Assembly (NCBI GenBank): GCA_002189035.1
Contig: NEEC01000013.1
Span: 2,542,001 to 2,606,000, forward strand
DNA: 64,000 nt
Reading direction: 5' to 3'
DNA from: Utricularia gibba
Lineage: Eukaryota; Plantae; Magnoliophyta
The notes beneath the pieces are model-generated. The model ran no database searches. It was given only the letters and a program-made list of their open reading frames with translations, and was not told the origin of the DNA. The translations under genes were made by a program, and so were the position numbers. This document shows positions 11,301-24,400 of this stretch, in pieces (the stretch's first letter is position 1; the number at the start of each line of letters is the position of its first letter).

Positions 11301-13448
11301 ATACGGTTGAATTGGGCCGCATTGTTGACACCCCAATTATTCGTGCAGCTACTTCATTGGTACCCCTAGGATGGAATGGTAATCCGTGCCAGAAGAATTC
11401 CGATCCTTTGAAAGTGGATATATCTGGCTATGGACTACACTTATGTACTTCAGTTCAAGTACGAGTTGATGGCCGTTGGTAATTTCTCTCTTTTGTATCA
11501 CTTTTAATGTGCTTGGAGTTGGAATTTCTTTTTTTGCGTTTTTATTTTTAATTTTTTTCCCTCCAAAAAATATATCTATGCATTCATCATTGCATGTTCA
11601 GTTTTTCATTCTACTTTTCCACGTAAAATGCCTAATTCTGATTGTATCCACTTGCATTGGTACATCCTTGTTAGCATTCATGTTTGAGTTCGCAGGTTCT
11701 CTACGATAGTGGAGTCTTTTCCTTCTCCACCATCATATTCCCATCTAAATGAAGTAGAAATAGGAATGCAGAAGATACGGGTACGAGTTGGGGATGCACT
11801 TAGAAGTCCCCCAGTTCATCAGATGTTGGAGGATCCAGTGATTCCCGCATTTTTATCAATTGATACAAGCTCTGTTGACATGAAACTGAACTCCAAGACC
11901 CAGGAGATGGATGAAACATTCATTCGTCCTGGTAATCTCTCCGATTTTGTAGTATTTTGTACTACAGATTTTTCAACCATAGCAGAGAAAATTCATGTTA
12001 GAACCCGTAGGGTGCAGCTGATTGGGCTTGAGGTAATATATTCTATTGGATTCCTGAAATTCTGGTGCAAGGATTTATTTTAGCCACATTTGATCACAAA
12101 TCTGTTGTGTGCACAGGGTGCTGGTAAGACATCACTGCTGAAGGCAATTTTGGATCTGAGAAGAGATGCTAGCAGCAAAGAGAGTGAGAGATGCCCTGTT
12201 GAGGTCGATGTCCATGAAGGTATTTCCGGTGGCTTGCTCTTCTCAGAGTCCAATGGAGTAAACCTACAGGTGCTGACCAGATTATATTTTTAGTTTTTTT
12301 TCTGTAATATTCATTAGGTGCAATTTTATAGTTAGAGTCACATAGTTGCTAAGTGCCGTCACAATCAATATAACATTTTGTTCTTACACATCTGTGTTTC
12401 TACCTTCCTGCATTTCTTTGATTTATTCTTTTTGTAGAGTAGGTTCTTATCACCGTATCATGTGATCCTACCTTGGTGTGAATGACATAAAACAAGAGTC
12501 TTGATTTTCCATTGGCATTCTGAGTTTACTCAGCACCTGCTGTGGTTTATGGATGCAGAACTTAAATGCGGAGATCTCCAGTTTCAGGGAAGAGTTGTGG
12601 AAGGGAATTCGTGATCTTAGAAAGAAGGTGGATATGGTGGTTCTTGTACACAACTTGTCCCATCGGGTGCCTCGATCTAGCCAGTCCAATGCGTGGCAGT
12701 TGCCTGCCCTAGCACAACTCTTGGATGAAGCAAAATCTGCTGGTGTTCCGTGGGTCCTGGCCATAACCAACAAATTCTCTGTCAGTGCACACCAGCAGAA
12801 GGAGTCCATCAATGCTGTAATCCAGGCATATCAAGCATCGCCCAGCTCCACAGAGGTTATAAATTCGTGTCCATATGTTACCCCAAGCCCCACAGGCCGT
12901 TCCCTATCATGGAACGCAGCAAATGAAGTTCCTGATTGGCAAAGGAGGGTTCAGAATCTCTTTCTCGCTCCCATTAATCTTGCTCAAATGCCTTTCCAGA
13001 AGAGGCCAGCCACACTTCCCGTTGAAGGTGTCCAAGCTCTCTGTGATCTTATCCACAGCGTGCTTCGCAACAACGAAGACATTGCCTTCCAGGTAGATCT
13101 TCACTGCTTAACCATAATTTTCTTCCTTCATATTTAAGTTGCGCCTCGGTGGTACCATCTCTAGTGCAATTTCGTATTCCTAGAAACTGACATGATATCA
13201 ACATGGGATCTCCAAATCTCACCATTCACCTGCACCACTAATTCGTCTGTATCCTTTCCTCATAGGAGCTCACGACAGACACAATTTTCATACAAATGGC
13301 GAAGGAGCATGCATCTTCTGTGACAAATGATGGCTCTGCTAAATCAAATTCTCTTGCAGCAGCAACCGTGGGTGCCTCTGTAGGTGCTGGTGTTGGAATC
13401 TTGTTGGCAGTCGTCATGGGAGCAGCTTCCTCCTTGAGGAAGCCATGA
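8316..13448 (+). CDS. Class 3 lipase domain fused to a P-loop NTPase domain (At3g07400-like), multi-exon, about 1000 aa
   Basis: Spliced frame contains the lipase nucleophile elbow LVLCGHSLGGA|VA and KCITFSQPPVGN, the Walker A motif GLE|GAGKT, LAITNKFS, and a hydrophobic C-terminal tail ending SSLRKP*. The introns I checked are GT-AG. Confidence 0.9.
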
Positions 13449-14437
13449 AAGTAAGGCTCTACTTTTCCCCCCACCCCGCTGCCATGTACAGTTATAACAC
13501 CGTGCATGCACTCCCTGCATTATTCCCGATTTGTTTGGCAAGCACAGGCCCGTGATATGTAATTAAACAATTGGTCTGAATGCATTTTTTATACCCATTT
13601 GTTGGGCCTTTAGAGGTGTGGATCTGCGTATGAGGAAGCCGTACGACTTCTCTCATCTTAATTTTATGCTTCCTGTTTTGGTGTGAAAATGAAAGAATCT
13701 TATGTCCATTTGGAGTAATTGGTGGTTATAATTTCTTGAAAAATATTTTTTTATTTTTTTCAAAAAATAATTTTGAAAAACTATATCTTTTGAACTCTAA
13801 TTTGAAAAAAATCAGGAATAAAAAAAAAAAGCAAGTTCTACTCTGGGAGATGGAGATTCAAAAACCGATCATTTTTCAAGAAGCATATGTTCTATTTTTG
13901 GTAACATTCATTTTCCCCCAGAAAATTCTATAAAAAGAATGCTGCTTTACTTTGGATGGAATGGTTATATTGATGTACGGTCATCCCATAAGAAGAATCA
14001 CAAGCATTGATTATCTGTCATAGAAAAAATCATATTGTTTTCTACTAAACAAAGTTTGGCCACAGAGAAGAAGGGAAGAGAACTTAGCGCTTGAATGCAT
14101 TTGGGTGTTTGTTGAAGAACACAAGAGGCTCAGGAACCCAGGCGCAGACCCTGTCATATTCACACACGAAACAAACATTTACAGAGGAGGAGGTAAACCT
14201 AAGCTCAGCTGGCAACGCCTAAGGCCCCATACTTGTCCTACAAAACAGGAAATGAGATCAGCTCAAAGAAGGAAAGCAATGGCGAGTAGGGGGGTCTACA
14301 GCTGCCCAACAACACCAACGAAGACCAGACACCAGCATCCCCGAGTCAACAAGCTAACTATGTACAGCAGCACCCCAGATAGCTACTTTTGGCCCAAGTT
14401 TTTTTCACCTCTGCGGTAAAACCTGCTGATGCTTTGT

Positions 14438-16484
14438 TTAGGAACATGATTTCACTAGCTTGAATAGATTCCTCCTCACCATGCTTCCAAATGACCAGAA
14501 CATGGCTCCACTAGAGGCTTCACCTTCATCCTCTTTTTTACTGCATATCACTGCTGCTTCTTTTACATTCAGGCTGCTTGATCCGACCCTCTGTCTAACC
14601 GACTCCACGATCTCTGCATCTGGTGTGTTTCCAGTTGAATCTGTGATGTAGAATGTGTTGTGGGCTGTTCCCTTTGATGTGGATACCTCTGCCATCGTTA
14701 CGTTTAGGCCGTTCTCACGGAAGATGCGCATCACCTCTGCGAGTAGGCCTTTTCTATCGGGTGTGATGAGCTCTAGCTTCAGACCCTGCATTCGAATTGC
14801 ACAGCTTGATTGATATCATCACCGTTGTGTTTGTTTACACCCTTTTTTCGTTGGTACCTGAGATGCCCTCCTCCTGATTGCAGCTTGTAAACATACAATG
14901 ACACGCTGCTTCTCTGTGTCTGATTGAATTGGTGATCCATCCGTTTTCCTGATGAAAAACTCCTGCAGGGAAAAACCTTTCAGGAGTTGGGGACGATCCT
15001 AAAAGAAAAATAAGATATATACCAAGGTTGCTCTGTCTCGCGATGTGTTGACTGTGGCATGAAAAACAATGTACTTCATGTCTGTCAAAGTGCAAACAAT
15101 GTCAAACAGAAGCTTATTCCGATCTCTGCAATGAATATTCACCACAGAGTAATCCTTCTCCAAGTAGTTCTTGACAGATACCGTCAGGTTATCATCTACT
15201 GTCTGGATGATCGGTTTCCGGTCATAGTCCCTGTCATTGAACATCAACTGATGAAGCCTCCTATCAGTGTGCGCAGCAGCGAGAGAAGCACAAGTTTTTG
15301 CAGTAGCGACGGTATCTGTGTTATCCCCCTGCAAGACATTCCTCAGCATTGCCTCAACTGCACCCATCTTTTCAGAGTATTCAACAGGGGAACCAGAAGC
15401 TTCATCCGTGAGATAAATGAGGGATGCAGCTCTGCCATTGTGAGTCCACACTTTTGCATCCACAACATTAAACTTGTGGTCAAACAACACTGCAAACACC
15501 TCCGAAAGCAGACCAACACGATCCGAACCCGTTAGTTCTAAGACTGTTAACCCCTCAACAACGCTTTTCACTCCACCGTAATGAACTGCGACTAGTGACT
15601 GCAGCAGCAGCAGCGCCCCAACACAACAAAACAGTCAAAAACTTTGATCTTTTTGAACAGTGGTGAATTTTTAATTTTGAAAAGGGCAACCAAAAGTTAG
15701 GCAACCTGTTCGATGGAGCCCAAAATGGCATCATCATCAGTTAATTTGTTCCCATTGAAATCAGTCACGTGGAAAACTGAGGGGAAAAGGAAACGGCGAG
15801 ATCAGGAATCCTACTCATCACCCATAATTCGTAAAAGGATGAAATTAAATGCAGGCAGGGAGCGGTTACCGTCCATGAACCAGCGGCCATCGGAAGAAAT
15901 GTAGGCCTTCTTAATCGAGAGATTCAAGTCCGTCAGAACCTGAACTGCTTCAAGAAGCAGAAACCCATCTTTCCCTGCCCTGTCAATCTGCCCCCACACC
16001 ATGATCACAAGACCTTCTGCAATCATACAGGTAAAAAGAAACGCACAGAAAAATGTACCATCAGGCGGGTGGCGTCGGAGCAACCGCCGTTGTCGATCAC
16101 GACCCTGCGAGAGAAGGGAAGGGCATTAGGGGAATTTCACATCGAAAAAGCGTTGCGTGTTGTCGAAATGTCTTCACCCACTCCCCCTTGTAATTTGGAA
16201 AAAGGAGGCCGTGAACAGTGGGTGACTTGGAAGAAAAGGAAAACCGCCGTCAAGTTCAGTCTTTCGCTACGAACGAGAAATTTTTCTTTTCTTTTCTAAT
16301 TCTCTCTCGCTTCATGGAGCAAGGAAGGAAGACGCAATTGGGTGTGTCTACCCAGAAACCCCCGCAACACACACACACAGAAAATCCAGTCGGTAGAATT
16401 GCAAGAAGAGGGAGATGACCTGGGAGTGGACATTCGAATCTGAAGCTTCTCATACTCCCCCAAGCACGCCGCCTGCTCTTCCAT
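14438..16484 (-). CDS. ACR8: ACT domain repeat protein, 7 exons
   Basis: [22 protein letters not shown]|[34 protein letters not shown]|[34 protein letters not shown] and [12 protein letters not shown] define four ACT repeats. Confidence 0.92.
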
Positions 16485-16585
16485 CCAAATCAGCGTAGTC
16501 GACAGCCCTGCATCAAAACGCCGCGCCGCGCCCAGAGACGGAAAGAAAAGAAAAGATCTCTCGTCGCCGTTTCTTCAAGTCTGGC

Positions 16586-16607
16586 GGGGCGGGGCGGGGG
16601 CGCTGGG
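16586..16607 (+). other. Putative G-quadruplex GGGG-C-GGGG-C-GGGGG-CGCT-GGG, about 100 nt upstream of the ACR8 ATG
   Basis: Four G-tracts of 3 or more with short loops. Confidence 0.6.
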
Positions 16608-16764
16608 ACCAAATATTCTCTCTCTTCTCTCTTCTCCTCGTCGGCTAATTTTTAAAAAGGGGATGCATTTAATATTATTTCCATTTTTAATACCACAATT
16701 TCCAGCTAAAGAGATTCTTTCCATATCTAAAAACGCAATTAAAAACCTCAAATCCATTACCAAT

Positions 16765-17045
16765 CAATTCATTCATTCATTTATTTATTTAAAAAAAATC
16801 CTAAATTTCTAGTAGGTTTGACCAAGTCCACGTTCCGTCTACCAACTAACTAACGAACTAACTAACCGTCAAACAGTATGCATGGCATGGCATGGCATGG
16901 CGCCTCATCAACGGCACTCGTGACTCTTCCTCCTACTCCACCGCCAATCGTATCGTATCGTATCGTGTCGTGTCGTGTGGTGTGAATGAATGAATGAATG
17001 AATGAATGTTATTAGGGCACAAGTAATTAATAAATAATAATAAAA
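16765..17045. repeat. Cluster of mixed microsatellites: (ATTC)n, (CTAA)n, (CATGG)n, (TATCG/TGTCG)n, (TGAA)6, (AAT)n
   Basis: Direct reading of the sequence. Confidence 0.85.
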
Positions 17046-17326
17046 ATAATGGGGTAATAAATTTGTCATTGAATAGGCCAAGCACAGCAGCGAGGGTTGT
17101 TCGGTATCTACTCTCCCACGCCCACAAATACAGACAGCCCGCCCCCGGGCCGGCGGTGAATATATTTATGTTTAATTTTTTGGATATTAAATAGGAATGA
17201 AATCAATTTATGCAAATGATGTTGCTAATTAATAGTATAGCTACTGTTGGTATTCAGAAAATTATTCTTTTTTTTTTTACATGCGATAGAAAAAGGAAAC
17301 GGGGGGCGACTATTAATTTGTCCGGT

Positions 17327-17345
17327 GGGGGTGGGGAGGGGAGGG
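17327..17345 (+). other. Putative G-quadruplex GGGGG-T-GGGG-A-GGGG-A-GGG
   Basis: Four G-tracts separated by 1-nt loops. Confidence 0.65.
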
Positions 17346-18634
17346 CGCCCCCACATGGCATGGCAATGAAAACGTCGGCCTACGTAAAAAGTGGCACCGC
17401 CGCCGCCCCCCTAATTTCAGTGGGATGCCGATATCTCTCTCGCTTCTTCTTCACGCCACCGCCACCGCCACCGCCCCCACCCCCTACAACACAAACCTTT
17501 CACCATGCACTACAGAAGTGAAATACATCTCAATAATAATAAATATTTTTTTTTATTAAGTGAATTGTCAAGATCCAACCAATTAAACTCATGACTTATT
17601 AAGTCCAACTCACGTTAATATATATATAAACTATGTAATATTTTGGATTAACACGTAAGCTAAGACAAATCTAACATGTCGATCTATGTATCTTAAATCA
17701 TAATTTTTTATGTTGATTCGACCCCTGCTCACTGGATGGGAGGTGTGTGTTGTGCTGCTGACCCCTGCTCACCAATATTTTAAAGTTGTTGATTAAATTA
17801 AACAATTTTTTTTAAAAATAAAATAAAATTTCTAAACACTTTAAAATACAGCTAAATATTATTGAAATTGATTTGTAACTTAACCCTAGCAAAATAAAGT
17901 AAACCAATGGGGCTGCTGCGGAGGCCCAGCCCGGGACTTGGAGTGGGTAAACGCGAGCCCATTCTGCCCGAGATTTGAATGTGTGACATCATTGCAACGC
18001 AACTCCGGAGGTTCGTCACCGGTTCTTGTGGCCGGCCTCTGCCACTCGGTAACCCTTCCTTCCTTCTCTCCTCCGTCTTCCTCGGGATTGGGAATTTGGC
18101 TCGCCCTACAATTTGATAGTACCCAAGGAATATATGGATTCTCTTGGCCGTCGTTGTTTGACAGCATGAGTTCCACCAAAATGGGTGCTTTCCGCTGTGA
18201 TCTATCGAGGGCTCTCGTGAGGTTGTAAAGGAGAAATTTTTTTTTTTTTTGGATAATCAACTTTGGTACCAATATTTTTTGGGCGAGTTTCTGTTCCGGT
18301 ATTTCTGTTGCTGAAGATGGAGAGTTGGCTTTTATGTGCCTCGGGAAATCAATCCGATCTTCTTTGTTGGGTACGCAATGCACCTCTGATTTTATCTTCG
18401 GTGAAAGATCATGATGTCGTAGTCAGTTCAGTTCAGTCCCAGAATCATTTCCACGTGGCTTGATGATTCCATCGAAATTGAAATACCCTTACTGGACAAA
18501 TGAGCACGAGAATTTTAGAGATGGTGTTTAGCCTACTGTCCTGATGTATTGTATGGTTGAGTTTATGCCCCTTGCATCTGTATTTTTCTAATGAGTTGCA
18601 TGTGCTTCCTATTTCATGTTTCTTGTTAAGGTAA

Positions 18635-20595
18635 ATGCATCATCTTCTGTTGAGTAGTGAAAGAGCTCTACTCTCGGTATTCTTAAAATCAAGGAGCTTC
18701 GGGTGCACATCCTACATTTGCATCATTCAGAAAGAATATTGGTTCTCTGTGTCAGACACATCTTCTTCATTTCGGAAATTGGGGAGCAGAGGACTCAGTA
18801 ATTTATTATCATGCAACAAAGACATTACCTCCTATATCCGTTCTGGGGACTTGGACTCAGCAGTCCAAGTCTTTTTGGGTATGAAGATAAGGAGTACAGT
18901 CACTTGGAATTCTCTCTTGGCTGGTTTATCAACCAAACCCGGGAAGCTAAAAGAGGCAGAAGACTTGTTTGGTAGAATTCCTGAACCTGACACAGTTTCG
19001 TACAATGTGATGTTGTCCGCTTATTTGAATAATGCTTCCTTGGATGCTGCAATGGATTTCTTCGATCGGATTCCTTCTAAGGATATTGCATCTTGGAATA
19101 CAATGATATCAGGATATTTGAAAAATGGGAAAGTGGATGATGCTGAGAAATTGTTCAGTGTTATGCCTAGAAGAAATTTAGTGACTTGGAATGCAATGGT
19201 TTCAGGTTACGCAGAAGTTGGTGATATGGAATCAGCTCTATGTTTTCTTGAAAGGGCTCCTGTGAAGGATGTTGTTGCATGGACGAGTATAGTAACGGGG
19301 TATATGAAGAGAGGGATGGTTGAATTGGCCGAAAAGTTTTTTCAAGAAATACCTTCCAAAAATTTGGTAACATGGAACACCATGATTTCTGGTTATGTTG
19401 AAAACGGCAGAGGAGAAGATGGTTTAAGGCTTTTCAAGCAGATGTTGGTATTGGGTATGAACCCCAATCCATCAACCTTCAGCAGCATTCTTTTGGCCTG
19501 TAGCAGCTTTTCACTTTTGAAGTTTGGAAAACTGGTTCACCAGTTGACACTCAAATCTCCATTATACTATTCAGGCACTACGATTGGGACTTCGTTGGTG
19601 AGCATGTACTGCAAGTGCGGGGTTTTGGAAGACGGATGGAAACTGTTCACAGAAATGCAACATAAAGATATAGTGACATGGAACGCAATGATCTCAGGCT
19701 ATGCTCAGCACGGGGTTAGTGATAGAGCTCTGTATTTGTTCAATGAGATGAGGGCCGGAGGTACGAAGCCAAACTGGATTACATTTGTTGGGATTCTATC
19801 GGCTTGCAACCATGCAGGATTAGTAGATCTTGGCAAGCAATATTTTCAGGAGATGCAGAAGGACTTGGGAATCAGAGCAGAGCCAGATCACTATACCTGT
19901 ATGGTTGATCTTTTCAGTCGAGCTGGTAGGCTTGAGGAGGCAATGGACTTGATCAAGAACATGCCATTTCAACCACATCCCGCGATATACGGGACTCTCC
20001 TGGGGCCTGTAGGATACATAACAAGTTAGAAATTGCTGAGTTTGCAGCCGCCAACTTGCTCCATCTCGAACCTGCTAACCCTGCTGCATACGTGCAACTT
20101 GCAAATGTCTATGCAGTGAAAAAGAACTGGAGAGGCGTTTCTCGTGTATGGAGGTCGATGAAAGAAAACAGAGTGATGAAAACACCAGGATGCACATGGG
20201 TAGAAATAAAGAGCAGGATGCACGAGTTCAGATCAGGAGACAGACTCCATCCTGAACTGGAGATCATCCACAACAAGCTCAGGGAGCTTGAGCCAAAGAT
20301 GAAGCTCGCAGGTTATGTTCCTCATCTTGAATCTTCTCTGCATGACATTACCGAGGAACAGAAAGAGGAGCTGCTTCTCTGGCACAGCGAGAAACTGGCT
20401 ATAGCTTATGCACTGATCAAGGTTCCACCCAGCGAGGGGGCCATCAGGGTGTTCAAGAACCTCAGAGTTTGTCAAGATTGCCATGTAGCCACCAAATTCA
20501 TCTCTGCAGTTGAAAACAGGGAGATCATCGTCAGAGACACCACAAGATTCCACCATTTCCGACATGGAAAATGCTCCTGTGGTGATTACTGGTAA
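18635..20595 (+). CDS. PLS-E-DYW pentatricopeptide repeat protein (At4g16835-like), intronless CDS with an apparent 1-nt deletion at 20002-20005
   Basis: PPR repeats ([18 protein letters not shown]) and a DYW domain with HSEKLA, CQDCH and the CSCGDYW terminus. The two ORFs join as [20 protein letters not shown] if one G is added. Confidence 0.92.
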
Positions 20596-21479
20596 CCAGT
20601 CAGGTGTGATCAAATCAAAATGCTCCTTCAGAACAATCCATTCCATACATTCATTCTCATCTTAAAAATGGCATTTTTTTTTCCAAAAAATAATTTTTTT
20701 TATTTTTGGAGTTATTTTGCTAAAATTTCAGTAAAAGAAGAAAGGGGCCCCACATCAGTAGGTTTGACTTTCAAAACCCTTGGGAGAGGGCACCTTCAAT
20801 TTGGTGTGGTTTCTGTACAATTTTGACTTTTGAAAATCGCGCGTGGTTTTATTCCACAGTAGACTTCGAAACCAAATAATCTCTCATTGGATATTTATTT
20901 TTTGTGGGTTCTTTCATGAGTTTCCAAATTTTGAAAAAAAAGCCAAATTTTATATTGAATTAATAAATGAATTTTAATGTTTAAAAAAAAGAAATTATGA
21001 AAATGACATCCAAAAGTGGCCAATTGTGTTTATTTTTATAACTATCGCATTCATATTTTACAGTAACCCAGAGATGGCAGAGGGAGGCACACCTTGCTCT
21101 GAATCAGATGCTCTGTGTTCTGTGTCTGAAGGTGATATACGAAGGAGAATAGTCACCAAAACGACTGTAAGAAAATTCGTGACGTACAAATTAGAAAGTT
21201 CAAAAGTGAAAAAGGAAAGGTGGAAGTGATTGTGGGTGGAATCTTCGTCTAAAGAGATTGGTTTCGGCAGTTTGATGGGGCTCCGTTGATTGGCGAGTTT
21301 CTGCGTGGGGTGCCTTCTTTTCATTTGATGGGCATCAAAAGATGGAGCTTTCTTTATCCTCCTCGTTTTTTTTTTTGCTTTCCTAACGATAGTACCTGAG
21401 GACGTTGAAGTTCTTAGCTGCACTTCGTGTTTCAGGGCCCCTTACCGAGATTAAGACTAGTCACTGAGTCATATTGTAG

Positions 21480-24400
21480 ATGGGCAAAACTAGGAAGCTT
21501 ATTAACTTTGATGGGGCGATGATCGATTTGTATAAGTTGTTGGAGGAGAATCCCCTGCTTCCAGGTTTGATTCCTTTGTTGATACTTCTTTGGGCAGTTG
21601 AGAAGTGGGTATTCTCTGTCTCCAACTGGGTTCTTCTTGTTCTTGCCGTGTGGGCTACACTGCAGGTTTCTCCTCCAACTCTGCCTCTGTTTTCTCTTGT
21701 TGTTCTCTTTTTTGTTGTCTCACTGCTTTTTGTTCCGCTGATAATGGAATAGCGAGGGTTGGAACAAATCACTATCCAAAGTGTCCTTTCGATATGATTG
21801 TTAGTTTGTTGATGTCGTTTCTTGGTAGAGAGAACTATAAGCTTTTAGAGGGTGGAGGTCGAAAACTTACATTGGTTTTGTGTTTGGCAGCATGGGAACT
21901 ATCAGCGAAGGATTCTAGTGGAAAATTTGAATAAGAAATGGATGCAATTGACTCTGCAGACTTCTGTAATTTTTCTTCTTTAATTCTTAAGTTCCAAGTT
22001 CGCTTCTTTTTGAAGTTTCAAATTTATCGTTTTTGCATCTACTCAGGACAAAACACCTTTAGAGCACTGTGAATGGCTGAACAAGCTGTTTATTGAAGTT
22101 TGGCCTAACTATATTCAGCCAAGACTTTCTCAGCAGTTTGCATCTATAGTTGAGGCGAGTACCATTCCCGTATATTTTATTTCACCTGTACAACCCAGAG
22201 TTTTCTTAATGCATGTTTTTTCTCCATTCACGGAGCAGAGACGTCTGAGGCATCAAAAGTCGAGGTTCATTGTAAGTTGAATATTCTACCAGAACTTTAA
22301 AGGTGTTCCTGTTGAGTTATTGACTGAAAAGAACACATACAGGAAAAGATTCAGCTGCTAGAATTTTCTCTGGGTTCACGGCCTCCTGTACTTGGTCTGC
22401 ATGGAACCTATTGGGCAACATCTAGAGATCAGGTTTTCATATATATTAATTGGTGATCATATATCATTATGTGCACTAGATTGTTTGGAAATGCTCATGT
22501 ACATTTATTTATATGCTTTAATATGGCTTTCTGCATTTAAACCAGCGCATCATGCACACCAGTTTCGACTGGGATGCAGATGATGTGAATGTTTTGATGC
22601 TCGCTAAGTTGGCTAAACCACTTGGAACAGCTAAGATTGTGGTGAACAGCATCCACTTGAAGGGTCATGTAGGCATCAAAAGCTCTTCTGTCGCTTCCAC
22701 TGTTTGTTAGTTCCTGCCCATGCATTCAAGTGTTCTCTTTCATCTGTAATTTGCAGCTTCTTGTGATGCCAATATTAGAGGGAAAGGCGCTGATATACTC
22801 TTTCATTTCGACTCCGGAGATCAGACTCGGTGTTGCCTTTGGAACTGGTGGAAGTCAATCTCTTCCTGCAACAGAGCTTCCTGGTGTTTCTTCGTGGCTG
22901 GTAATCTCCATAATGCATTGTCTGCTCTGGGTTGTTCTCATACATATGCACTGTTTCTCTAATTAACTTGCCCTCCTATTGCCATGATGTTTTCCCATCC
23001 AATGCACATAATTTATCGGGGATGTTATTCACCTCTTCTGAAACTTCTCCATTGCTTTATAGGTTAAACTGGCTACTGATACATTGAACAAGAGGATGGT
23101 TGAGCCTCGGCGTCACTGCCTTGCTTTGCCAGCTCTAAATTTGCACAAAAGGGCAGTTGGTGGTGTTTTGTATGTAACAGGGTTGTCTGCTGAAAATCTC
23201 CAGTGTTCGAAGCCATCTGCAGATACATCCACAGATGATCACATTGAGACATTCTTGGAAGTTGAGCTTGAGGAGCTAACAAGGAAAACAGATACAAAAC
23301 CAGGATCTTCTCCTCAATGGGATTCCACTTTCCGTCTTATGCTTCATAGTAACACTGGGATTCTACGGTTTCATGTGTATAAGTGCAATACCGATAATCT
23401 AAAGTATGACCTTCTTGCAAGTTGTGAAATAAAGGTAAATGACAGTTGCCTTCAGATTCTATTCCTTAGAATGGCTGATGAATTTTGAGCAAATGCAGGT
23501 GAGGTATGTAGCAGATGACTCAACCATATTTTGGGCCATTGGAGCAAATTCATCAGTGGTTGCTAGGCGTGCCGAGGTGTGCGGCAAAGAAGTTGAAATG
23601 ACTGTTCCATTTGAAGGATCTAATGCAGGAGAGGTACTTCTTCCTTTTCCTGCCTGTAACACCAAAAGTGTGCTTCAATACTAAATTCCGAAAGCATCTT
23701 TCAGTTGACAGTGAAGGTTGTGCTTAAAGAGTGGCTTTATTCTGATGGCTCACGTAGCTTCACCACTACCAGAGAAAGCTTGCATCACTACCCGAGTAGT
23801 TCATCAAAGCTTTCAAAAACAGGACGGAGAATCTATGTAACAGTTGTGGAAGGTAAGGACTTTCCTGTGAAAGACAAGCTTGGAAAATCGGATCCTTATG
23901 TCAAACTGCATTATGGAAAGGTATATAAATGTTTTTTCTGTTCTTCATCACACTCAAGGGGACTAAAAAAGGTCAGCCATATTTCATCCTGCATCCTTTT
24001 CACTTCAGACTATAAAACGAACGGAATCTGTCCCGCGTTCCTCCGAGCCAACTTGGAATCAGAGGTTCGAATTCGATGAAGAAGACGGTGAATACTTGAA
24101 AATCAAGTGCTGTACTGAAGAAATGTTCAGTGATGAAAGTTTTGGCAGAGCACGTTTGAATCTTGAAGGGCTTGTGGATGGCGGTGTTAGAGATGTTTGG
24201 ATTCCTCTAGAAAAATCCAGTTCTGGGGAGCTGCGGCTACGAATTGAAGCTCAAAACTTGGGAGACTATGAACATGTAAAGGTAACAACTGCAGCTCAAT
24301 ATGTTTATTTATCTACTTCCCAAGCATCTATTGATCAGCTTCTTTCTTTTTCTTGATGGAGGTTCAGGGCTCAACTAATGGATGGATCGAGCTCGTTCTG

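Noticed and set aside
17720-17772. 13-bp repeat gacccctgctcac (two copies, period 40), superficially like miR398 or a tRNA T-arm
   Set aside because: It is a direct repeat, not an inverted one, so there is no hairpin. There is no cloverleaf and the match to miR398 is poor.
17886-18383. 165-aa minus-strand ORF
   Set aside because: No ATG-led recognisable protein; it overlaps the PPR promoter/leader and crosses a poly-T tract.
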